From Raja brachyura (taxonomy: Eukaryota): a stretch of 64,000 bases of DNA. Location of the stretch: the NCBI GenBank assembly GCA_963514005.1, contig OY740804.1:32612001-32676000 (forward strand), in the 5' to 3' direction. Position numbers and translations under genes: made by a program. Of the stretch, positions 53,536 to 64,000 are shown one piece after another (the stretch's first letter is position 1; each line of letters begins with the position of its first letter). The notes beneath the pieces are model-generated. The model searched no databases. It was not told the DNA's origin and worked only from the letters and a program-made list of their open reading frames with translations.

Positions 53536-53643
53536 CTTCAGTTGGGAAGTGCGCGGTGGTTTCTGAGGTGGTTCTTCATTGGGCCGTTCACCAAGAGAAG
53601 CTAAAATTCGCTTTCGATGACCTGGTAAGGTTATTTTCAAAAC
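53536..53643 (-). CDS. ANKS1A: ANKS1A coding exon, end of SAM2 ([36 protein letters not shown])
   Basis: 108 nt, acceptor ttattttag, donor gtaag. Contains the SAM C-terminal helix GHRKRIL. [13 protein letters not shown] resembles ANKS1A more than ANKS1B (DDPPQKPPRSITL). Confidence 0.93.
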
Positions 53644-54559
53644 CTAAAATAACACACAGCTTAATCAGGAAAGTATAAATCATTTATATTTTGCAAGAAT
53701 GTGTTTATCTCCTTTTACCCAAGGGGCAATTAATCAAGTGAATATCCTTGGGCTTTGAAGACACTTCTCAGAAAAAGTCATTCAAGGTTAGTGTGAATGA
53801 AGAGAAGAGGCTCAGGAAAAGCAGTCCTTTCCATACGTTGCAATAAAGATTGAAAAATTCATCTGATAAGAATGATTATTCAATAACAATCTGTCACAAC
53901 CTGTAAGCAGTCTGCTCTTCACAGAATGATATGATCTTACTGATGTGACAACTGTATCAGGTTTGCTTCAAGGAAGCCATAACAGCGCTCAGTTATATAC
54001 ACGATTCTATTCCAAAAAATAAATCTCCTTATCAGAGATGATTCAATTAGTTTTTAAACAACTATTTTATGCTGGAAGACTATTATGGTCTTCCGTGATC
54101 TTATTCAATGCAAAAAAAACCTGTTCAGTTCGTTTAGAGATACAGCATGGAAATAGGCCCTTCGGCCCACTGACTATTTGTGGGGAAATATTTGCGTGAA
54201 AGTCTGAAGGGGACATTAAAAGTATGGAAAATACAAAGCTGCAAAAAAACAACTTGAAAAAAAAAGTTTTAAAAAATTAAGAAATTAACCCCAATTTATT
54301 CATCCATCTAGTACATTCAACCAACTCCTCCCCCATATCATCCTACTTTAACGATATCCCCAATAGAACTCCCCATTTTCAATGATAAGGCCGTTATTCA
54401 TAGGGTACAATCCCGCTTGGTCAAGGACTCTTTCAGTCTCTTAGTATTAGTAGTTTTGTTATCCTTTTGCACTGAACTAATAGTTCACTTTTCTTCCGGT
54501 CAGTAACTATTCAACTCTTCTGTTCAACTTGGCATCATCTCCCACAGTACCCGGATTAA

Positions 54560-56030
54560 GAAGATACACTGCATATTAGTCAAGTGGGATGTGAGATGTT
54601 GGTCCTCCAATTTGCTTGTGGACACTCTGGCAATGGAGTAGGTTAAGGACAGAAACGTTGGTAAGGGAATGGGAAGGGGAGTTAAAATAGTTAGCAACCG
54701 GGAGATCCAGCAGGCTTTGGCAGACACAGAGCAAGTGATACTATTGCCTGGTCTTCGCTTGGTCTCGCAAAGGAAAGCACATTTGCATGACTAAAAGCAA
54801 GACATGAGGTTTGAAGATGTGCACATGAACCCTTTTCACCAGGAAGGGTTGATGGGGATCCTGGATGGGGGTGAGGGTAAAGTGTTACATCTCCTGTAGT
54901 TGCTGGGGCAAGTACCCGGGGAAGGGACGGGCGGGAAGGGATGAGTGAACCGCGGTCTGTGGAGGAAGTGGTCTGTGCAGATAGGGGTGGGGACGGGAAA
55001 ATGTGACTGGATTACATTCAAGGTGTAGGTAATGTCAGAGAATTACGTGCTGGATGCGGAGGCTGGTCTGTGAAAGGCGAGGAGCAGGGGAACAATGCTT
55101 ATTCCATCTAGGAAGAAGAGGAACGAGAGCAGGTCTGTGTGACACAGTGGAGTCATGGGTGATAGATCCATCTACAATAGCACAACAGCAGAGGGGAAAC
55201 CGCATTTACTGAAGAAGACATTTTGGATGTCCTAAAGTAGAATGACTCATGTTGGGAGCTCATGCAGTGGGGAAGAAATTAATGGCATCCTTGCTGGAGG
55301 CAGGGTGGGAGGAGGTGTACTGAAGGTAATTGTGGGAGTCAGCAGATTTGCAGTAGAAAATAGTCGATAGTCTGTGCCCTATGATGGAGACAGAGAAAAT
55401 TGTTGAGGGGAAAAAGGGTAAAGAGGGGTGAGAGTTAAACCGTGAACTTGTGGGCAGAGCGGAGGTTAGTAGTAAAGTTGATAAAAGCAACGAGTTCTGC
55501 ATGGGTGCAGAAGGAAACCCTGATGTGGTTGTTGATGTAATGGAGAACAAGATGGGGAGAGGTGGCCAGTATAAGTTTAAATTTAAGTTCAATGTAATCA
55601 ACAAAATGGCAGGCATAGCTCTCTCTTTCCTGTACTCCAACCCATGCACTTCTCTTTTGCCCATTATCTCCCAAATTCTCAATCCTTTCCCCTCTTTCGT
55701 ATATTCTTTCAATCTCCCCCCCCCCCCTCCAACCTCTGGCCTTACATTTCACTCCTCTTCTCTTATCATCTGACACCCTTTTGTCTCATTTTCATCTCTA
55801 GCCTTTGTTTGCCCTTGCTCATCAAATCCTCACCTGTACCCATCTATTGCTTTCCAGGATTCGCCTCGGCCCCACCTCCACTTTCTCCCCCTACTACAAC
55901 AATCAGTCAGAAGAAGGGCTTTGACCCAAAACATCGTCTGTCCATTCCCTTCACAGATGCTGCCTGACTTGCTGTTCCTCCATCACTTTGTGTTTCACTC
56001 AAGATTCCAGCACCTGCAGTTTCTTGCATC
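54560..56030. mobile_element. Degenerate Penelope-like element: RT-thumb and GIY-YIG remnants on the minus strand, then an inverted pLTR-like tail with a hammerhead motif on the plus strand
   Basis: ORF 55260..55712 contains FYCKSADSHNYLQYTSSHP (PLE Y.KPT....YL...S.HP motif). 54560-54770 matches the GIY-YIG tails at 3250 and 32030. 55600-56030 is the pyrimidine-rich tail plus CAGAAGAAGGGCTTTGACCCAAAACATC. Confidence 0.78.
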
Positions 56031-56662
56031 TCCTCAAGAAAAGAAATTCCTCTTTATCTCCTTCTTAAATAAGTGATTCCTTATTCGGAAACTATCCCTC
56101 CATTTATGTGCTTCATACCACAACATTTTGTAATTTCATTCTACTTTAAATAATAATTCGCTTTTACATTCTTACTTTCAAAAAGAGGAGAATTATACAT
56201 TTCCCACATTATATTCCACCTGTCATTTCACTTTGTCATTTCCTGCCCTTTGAATTAGCCTCGTAACCTGCTAACGTACCCATGTTTATGCTATCAGCAA
56301 ATATAGTCACAATATACCCAGTCCCTTTATACAAGCCATAATGTCAATTGTAAATAATACTCCAACACTGATTTCTGACTGCCACTGCGAAATAACCCCT
56401 TTAGATGATTATTTTATGCCAGCCAAACCCCTATATATCCCATTCATATAGTTGCTTTCAAATACATTCGAGAAATTCAAATATACGAGACATTGGTTTC
56501 CCTTTACTCACCTTGCTTGTTGCATCCTTAAAAAATAGCAATTTCTTAAACATGGTTTCTCATTCTGATTTTGATTGGTTGTCCCCTTAGTAATGGATTC
56601 TATCTTCTCCCATGACTAAGGCTCACTAGATATGTTGCAATAGAGGCTAAGAGGAAATCTGT

Positions 56663-56688
56663 GGGGGGGGGGGGGGGGGGGGGGGGGG

Positions 56689-56737
<49 letters not shown>
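56663..56737. repeat. Poly-G run (~29 nt) fused to a (GT)n microsatellite
   Basis: Seen directly in the sequence. Confidence 0.95.
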
Positions 56738-56743
<6 letters not shown>

Positions 56744-56931
56744 GTCGGCAGCAAAGATCCTTGGTCAGTAGATGCAGCTCACGCTTCGGTTGAGGCTTTC
56801 CAGGCAATTGACCAGAACCTCTGGTGACTGATGGAGAATGACCGGAACCCCCGGGAACCTCACGGAAACCTTGGGTGGGGCACACGGTCTCCAGAGGTTT
56901 CCGTTCAGGTTTCCTAAGAGGGACAGGGGCT
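56692..56931. mobile_element. Right end of another Harbinger-type MITE family
   Basis: Ends ...TTCCTAAGAGGGACAGGGGCT followed by TAA. The reverse complement AGCCCCTGTCCC shares the TIR core. Left boundary merges into the (GT)n tract. Confidence 0.6.
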
Positions 56932-57562
56932 TAAAGTCCTGAAATACTGCCTCTGTGAAATGATGAACTAAAGAATGCATGAAAGTTCGTTCTGCATTTG
57001 TCAATACTTATGAAAACCGATCTTACGTAACGTAATGGTGTTCATTCTTAACTAGAAGCTTTGGCTGTACTAAGTATATTTTGATTCAAATTGGGATTCA
57101 CTCTGCAGATCTCGAATATTGCTTATTTTTTTAGAAAACACCTAATATCTGTCCAATTATAGAAATATTTTACAATTATATTCTTGAAGACTAATAGAAT
57201 TGCATATGGCAATGAGGTGGCAAATCAGAGCATCTGAATGAACATATTATGACATTAATTTGCCTTTATGCTTATTTTTAAAGAGCTTTAGAAGGCTGGT
57301 TCCCAACAAGGGGAATGAGGGCAGAAGCTGTCATTATTAATTAAGTTTAATAAGCTATGGTAATTGACAGAAATGTAATTTCATCCATCATTTTGTCTAA
57401 ACGGAACTTAGTGTCAGCAGCAAATACTTATGTGTACCAGGGAATTTAGTTATTTTTTCCTTTATTACAACAATGACAAGAAGTCAAATTTAATTGGAGT
57501 GCTCTGACAAGTTGAGAGAGATAATAAAAGTGCTGGATGCAGTAATTCATCTGCTGCCCATG

Positions 57563-57695
57563 AGTCTGAAGAAAGATCTCGACCCGAAACGTCACCAATT
57601 CCTTCGCTCCATAGATTCTGCCTCCTGTTGAGTTTCTCCGGCATTTTGTGTCTATCTTCAATTTTACCAGCATCTGCAGTTCTTTCTTAAACATA
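57563..57695 (+). repeat. Short Penelope-derived repeat with minimal hammerhead ribozyme core
   Basis: CTGAAGA AAGATCTCGACCC GAAAC GTC at 57566-57593. The core nucleotides are intact but stem II is damaged. The shared tail ...cagcatctgcagttctttc follows. Confidence 0.75.
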
Positions 57696-58200
57696 CTGCC
57701 CATGCCCAATGATAAGTGGACATGGTGCCACAGGGATTGGAGACCGCGAGAGAGGCAAAGTGAGCAAATGTTAGAGAATGGGATGAGACAGCTGCTGTAT
57801 GCATGCCAGGGGGAGGGGAAGAAACGAAGCACCCTAGAGAGGGCACATACCAAGAAGAGAGCAAGAGAGGTGTACAGGTGCTGAGACTTCGGCTAACCCA
57901 GGTGTGGGCAGTGATAGTGTCGGCCAGGAAGCGTGTGCGTGATATTTCTAGCCAGGGATTGAGAGACCGTGCATGTTCGAGAAAGTGTGCATGCGTTTCG
58001 TCTTCAAGACTTCTCTCAGTTTGGCTGAATCTCTTAGATAGAAATCACATCAAGAAATCTGCCAACTACATGCAAAATAAGATACGCATAACTAAGATGG
58101 AATCATAAATGCATATTTTTTTAGCAGACATCACATTATAAAAGATTGTACTTTCATAATTGTGTTACAAGAAACATTAAAAAAAAACCATTTAGCTTAC

Positions 58201-58353
58201 ATTTATAATTTCTGGTTCCCAAAGGTTTTTCACACAATCCATCGAATTGTAGCCATTGGACAGAAAGTTCTGATTGTAAGTCTGCAGTCCAAGAGATTCC
58301 AACCACGCTATAAGTGAAGTATTGCTATTTCCATCAAAACCAAATGGCTTAAT
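58201..58353 (-). CDS. ANKS1A: ANKS1A coding exon, first part of SAM2 domain (IKPFGFDGNSNTSLIAWLESLGLQTYNQNFLSNGYNSMDCVKNLWEPEIIN)
   Basis: Manually translated 153-nt open exon with acceptor tttttgtattgtag and donor gtaagc, phase 0/0. It has the SAM motif WLESLGL..Y...F..NGY and matches my recollection of human ANKS1A ([35 protein letters not shown]). Upstream exons were not found and probably lie beyond 64000. Confidence 0.93.
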
Positions 58354-60589
58354 CTACAATACAAAAATACAAACCAATAATTAGTACAGTTGACGCCAAT
58401 ACGAATAACAATCCAGGTTCTTCTTACTCTCATTACTACGTGTAAAATCACCATAATCTAAGAAAATAAGATACTAATCAAGTAATATTGATTTATTTTC
58501 CCCTGAAATTTGTGGATAATGTACACTTCCAAAAATGTGAAAAACATAACCCATGTAAATCTCCAGTGTTTTGCTTTAATGATTTATTTGAAAAGCAAAT
58601 GGGAATCATTTGAAAGCCCTTATTTATTGCCCATTTTCCAGCCTATGCCCTCCCAATATTGCTAGGGAGGGATCACCAGGAATGAAATGAAAGAAAGGTG
58701 ACCTATCTTCAATTCAATTAGGAGTGGAGTTTGTTAGCATAATTGTATCCATGTGCCTGTTGTATTGTTCTTCTCATGGTGGAACCAAAATTAATTCACA
58801 GTATATCTGATGTTCATATATTCTGTGCCATACAATTCAGAATTCTTCACACTGGAGAATCTCAGTTGTAGTAACAATGAATATTTTGTTTAACTAATCA
58901 ACTGTGTGTACACATTAAATAAATCAACACTTTGAGATGCCAAACTAAATTACTGAGAAATCTAAGCTTCGCTGTTATTATACACATTTAATTCTAAAAA
59001 GGAGATCACAAGCACTATTGACAGAACCAAAATCTGCGCACTAGGTGCCTTTTTGTGCAACCGCAGTATTAGGACATTGGCAAACTTTCCACTATCTTGC
59101 TTGCTGAAATTACCTTACCCTGGGTGATATTTATGGCGATAGCTGGTGTCAATTGGAAAGAAAAGGTAAGTAACTGCACACTTTGAGAACCTGAACTATA
59201 AACAGAAAATACTTACGAGTGAGGATGTTAACTTTTTTAAGATGTCATATCCAGAATCTACTACAGATGCAAGAGCTTTAACAATTAGAAAGGCAGGGAA
59301 AAGGGAGAGAGGAGAAAAAAACAAATCTGCTCGGATGGAAGGCACAAATAGATTAAATGGCCAAAAGGATGACACAATCAAGGAAAATGTGAAAATATTG
59401 AAATAGAGCTGTTAATTACAAGGCACTATTTCTCTGAAGAAACTAGAGCAGTGATATGAAATTGTTTCATTCATAGTCAAGGGACTGCAATGTGCCAAAT
59501 ACAAAGGTGAGGCATTATTCCTGGTAAAAAAAAACACATTGTACCCAGAAAAGGACTACAACATTCATTTTCCATTAAGAACTTGACCTGTTGCAGACCA
59601 ATTTGGCTGAGCTGTCAGATTCCTGAGCAGTTTGATTCTGAAACTTCAGAGACCATGCTTCAATAATCATGATTTCTTCCTCATCCTTATGTGGGCTTAA
59701 AAGCAATTAACATGTGGGAAAGGCATTGGAGCATGGCAAAAGAGAAAGCATAAAACATGGTAGGCTGTAAAGATAATTCCTGTATTTTATAACCATGGAA
59801 GGTCCAGTGTAGGTGGTTTTATTGATGCATTTAAAATATTGATCTTTTACACCGGAAAATATCATTCAATTTTACAGCACAAATCTCTGACAGGTCTTTC
59901 ACAAAATTAAAATGGTGCATTTAAAAGGCAACACCTGGGTTCCCACTTAATTGTGCAGGTGTTTGCACAGCAGCTTCTCTGAAATCAGGATAACCAATAC
60001 AAAATGCTGAATTTTAAGAACCTACATCATTCAGAAATTCACGCTTCGATAATTATTTTTTGTTTGTTTTAAAAGTGGCATGCAAAAAGCGAGTCATATC
60101 CTTGAAACTGGCCCTGTTCCCAGGCAAGTTCTCACACCCTTTTTTCCCACTCACAAAAACTGCAAGGTTACTGTGATAACAGTAGAGGCACTAATTAAAA
60201 CAACCTTCTTTCAGATCTCCTTTCCCCTACATGACCTTTGCATATATGAGGAGTTAATGGTGCAGTTATTTGGGATTTTGACTTGATAAGAAGTTCAGAG
60301 ATGGGTACATCCATTGAGCTCTAGAAAATAAGTGCACACTTGTCATTCATTACACTAATGTTAAATTGCAAATTAAAATTAAACGATTACTTTACTGGCT
60401 CTCTATTAAAGCCTCTCATAAATCCAGAATGTTTATAAGGAGCAACAATATACTGATCAAGCAAACATGCGTATACTTCAAATTTCAGGTCACTGATGCA
60501 GCTACTTCTAATTCCGGGAATTCTGAGTGTGAACACATTCATGTTTTAGTGTAGTAGGAATATTTTGACATTCAACTTCTGTCACAGTA

Positions 60590-60962
60590 CATTTGTTCAT
60601 CATAGGTATTGAACTACCTTGCCATAGAAGGGATCTTTCAGAAACGCTGCCTCAAAAAGGAAGCCAGCATTCACAAGGACCCACACCAACCTGGCCACAC
60701 TCTCATTTCACTCCTGTCATCAGGAAGGTGGTACAGGAGTCTAAAAACTGTGAACTCCATCTAAACTTCAAACTGTGTTGGTTGCATGAGAAACTTCAGG
60801 CTTTGTTTTGTTTTGCACTATATTGGGTGTTTGATTATTTGAACTTTTTATTTGTTTATTATGTTATCTATTGAGGACTGTGTTTACAAACCTTGTCGTG
60901 CTGCAGTGAAGAATTTCATTGATTTGTTTCGCTACATATGACAATCAGACATTCTTGACTAA
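60590..60962 (+). mobile_element. Rex1/Babar-type 3' tail
   Basis: Collinear with 21640-22035 (ggacccacaccaacctggccacactctcatttcactcctg...ttttgttttgcactatatt). Confidence 0.7.
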
Positions 60963-61236
60963 AGTCAAATAAATCAAACTGCATTTATTGTTGCCTACAC
61001 CGAAACAAAGCTTAATAACATCTAATGTTCCATGAAGCACTTTTGCACAAACTGGCAGGTAAATTCAATAAGATAGCATGCTGTGGTATTTCCATTGCTT
61101 CGTCTGTAAATATGTGTGTGGCTCAAATTATAAGCATAAAATTACCCACATTATTTAAACCGTATTCCAGATGCAAAGCAATGTTAGAACCTATCCAAGA
61201 GAATGTAACAATGAACTACTCATTAACTGAATTGTA

Positions 61237-61363
61237 TTTGAAGAAGGGTTTCAACACAAATCGTCACCAATTCCATTTCTCCAGAGATGCTGCCTGCCAT
61301 TGAGTTAGCCCAGCATTTTGTGTCTATCTTCACTAAACAGCATCTGCAGTTCCCTCCTGCACA
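61237..61363 (+). repeat. Short Penelope-derived repeat, degenerate
   Basis: TTGAAGAAGGGTTTCAACACAAATCGTCACC...ctccagagatgctgcctg...cagcatctgcagttcc. Confidence 0.7.
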
Positions 61364-62289
61364 GGGTATATCAGAGGACAGATATGCCGAAGAAAATGTC
61401 TCATCCTCTTTCAAAAAGATTTGTCAACCTCAACTAGTGTGGTCTTAAGGAATACTCTCTCTACCTGTCTGAACAACACGCATAAATGTTCCCAATGGTC
61501 ATAAAACTTAATATCAATATGAATTTGATATAAAGACTAATAGTTTAATTCTGATAAATATTTTTATAAACTTCCAAATTAGATAGCATCTTAATGATCT
61601 ATTCCAGTGGCACTTTAAAGTAAACCAGTAATTGATAGATTTTGATGTGATCATTCTCAGTGTCGTCACCAGTTTCACTTTTAAAACAATCATTATTCCG
61701 AAAGAGTCACAAAGGGAATGAAACCATTAATGTCTATCTAACTTTCAATTTTTTTACACAGTGCAATGGAAATTAATTCACCTCTTTTCAAAGCATCAAC
61801 AACCTTCACAAGGACCTATTTCTCAAAACAGTTTTTCTTGGATGAGAGGCAAGAATTTATATGACGTGAATTGACGTGTTTTGAGAAATGCAAAGTTGTA
61901 TATGTGCCCAGTTCTATGCTCAGGATCTGTTTACATTAAAGTCATCTGGAACTTTATTTACTTCGAACTAAAGTCACCCTGCAAGAATTTCTCCAAGGAA
62001 AATAAGATGTCCTTCCTCCACCTAAGAAAAACTTTGAGCCCAAAGTCATGAAATCAACTTGGTCAGTCTCTTCCAAACAGTTTTTGAAGATGAAGCATCA
62101 TATTCCAGTCGCCTCACTGGTCTGTATAATGTCAGCATTCCCATTCCTCTGTGCAGGCCAATGTCATCAGACAGATCTCAGAACTTAATAATTCTAACAT
62201 ATTATTATCCAGATGCAATCAAGCTATGTCTATTTATCTTTATATACTTTAAAAAAAAGCTTTTATTATTTATTACAACATTATTCTAC

Positions 62290-63460
62290 ATAGTCATACA
62301 GCATGGAAACATGGCCTTTGGACTAACATGTCCATGCCAAGCAGATGCCCCATCAAAGTCAGTTCTGTTTGCTCACGTTTGGCCCGTAACCCTTTAAACC
62401 TTTCCTATTCATGTACCTATCCAAGTGTCTGTTAAATGCTGTTATAGTATCTGCTTCAACTCCTCTGGCAGCTCATTCCATACACCAACCACAGTATGAG
62501 TGGAAAATGTTGTCCTTCAGGTTTGTATTAAACCTTGACCCTCTCATCTTATACATATGTTCTCTTGTTTTTGATTCTCTTTCCCCACCTGGGTCAAGAG
62601 AATCAAAAACAAGAGAATGAAGACTCTGCATTCATCCCATCTATTTCCTTCATGATTTTACGCATCTCTATACGATCACCCCACTGCCTCCTGAGCACCA
62701 AGGAATAAAGTCCAAGCCTCCCAACCTCTCCCTATAATTCAAACCCCTTGAGTTCTGGCAATATTATCGTAAATGTTCTCTGAACTCTTTTCCAGCTTGT
62801 TGACATTCTTCCTTTAGCAAGGTGACCAAAACTCAATACAGCCACAATAAGTGTGCCTTCACCAATGTCTTGTACAACTGTACAACATAACCTCCCAACT
62901 TGTATTTTCAATACCCTGACTGATGAAGGCCAATGTACTAAAAGCCTTCTTGACCATTCTATCTGCCTGTGTCTCATGGTTCATGGAACTATGTTGCTGT
63001 ACTCCTGGATCCGTCTGCTTGATAAATCGCCCCAGAACCCCAACATTCACTGTGAAGTTCCTGCCCTGGTGTGACTTCCCAAAATGCACCATGTCACACT
63101 TTTCTGCATTAAACCCCAGTAGCCATTTCTCTGTCCACTTACCCAGCTGATCAAGAGCCCGCTGTAATGTTTTATAATCATCTTCACTATCTACAATACC
63201 ATCCTCTTTAGTGTCAGCTGCAAACTTACTAATCATGCCTTCCACATTTTCAGCCACATTGTTGATATAAACCACAAACAGCAATGGGCCCAGGCTCAAT
63301 CCCTGAGGCACACCACTCATCACAGGCCTCCAATCTAATAAACACCCTTCCATCACCATCCTCATGCAGCCAATTCAGTATCCAGCTTGCCAGCTCTCTC
63401 TGGATCACATAACCTTCTAGAGCAGCATACCATGGGGAAACTTATCAAAGGCCTTGCTCA
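62290..63460 (-). mobile_element. Old CR1 LINE RT and 3' fragment
   Basis: ORF 62859..63365 has SGVPQGLSLGPLLFVVYIN...ISKFAADTK...FNAEKC, with the catalytic DD degraded. CR1 tail at about 62290-62700. Confidence 0.88.
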
Positions 63461-64000
63461 TTTAAACTATTTTAAAGCTAATAGAACTGTGGTTGCTGGT
63501 CTCTAAAGGTTCATCCACCTACAATTTAGTCACTTGCCATTTCGGAAGAGTAGGTCAAGCTCTGCCCTCTAGCTTATAGGGCTCTCTACGTATTGCAGAA
63601 GGAAACTTTCCTGACATTTGACAAATACCATGCCGTCTAAACCCGTGGCAATATGGCAGTCTCAAAACAGCCACAATAAGTGTGGCTTCACCAATGTCTT
63701 GTACAACTGTAACATAACCTCCCAACTTGTATTTTCAATACCCTGACTGATGAAGGCCAATGTACTAAAAGCCTTCTTGACCATTCTATGACCATTGACC
63801 AAGTCTATGTTGGGAAAGTTAAAATCCCCTATTATGACAACCCTGGTTAAAATCCCCTAATATGACAACCCTTATGACATTTAAAAGATGCTCATCATAT
63901 CTCAGACCATTCACAAAATTGATGCAAGTTAAACCAAACATAATCAAATCTCCTCAATCCCTTCACCTGAATTTTAAGTAACAACAAATTCCCTCCACCT

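Noticed and set aside
34785-58353. Assignment to ANKS1B (AIDA-1)
   Set aside because: Diagnostic segments [32 protein letters not shown] and [13 protein letters not shown] match ANKS1A as I recall it; a phylogeny would confirm.

Overview
Eukaryotic vertebrate genomic DNA. The repeat landscape (HE1-type V-SINEs, CR1/HER1-type LINEs, Penelope fragments) points to a cartilaginous fish, probably a skate or ray; this is an inference. The only host gene I can support is the 3' part of ANKS1A (Odin) on the minus strand. Nine GT-AG, phase-0 coding exons between 58353 and 34785 encode SAM2, the PTB domain, a Cys/His-rich cassette and a C-terminus ending KYETTIF. An internal donor in the last exon can join a distal acceptor at 24708 to give an alternative end (...ISTN*), followed by a probable ~2.4 kb 3' UTR. 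The rest is intron or downstream sequence rich in mobile elements: a young frameshifted CR1 in a nest with L1, Penelope, a Harbinger MITE and a possible DIRS end (1-4113), more Harbinger MITEs, SINEs and Rex1/Babar tails. About ten short Penelope-derived repeats share a consensus that is a minimal hammerhead ribozyme, and several form head-to-head hairpins. I see no CRISPR array, prokaryotic system or clearly new multi-gene system. The best leads are the hammerhead-bearing repeats, the ANKS1A C-terminal switch with a possible 13-nt micro-exon, and a candidate internal first exon.
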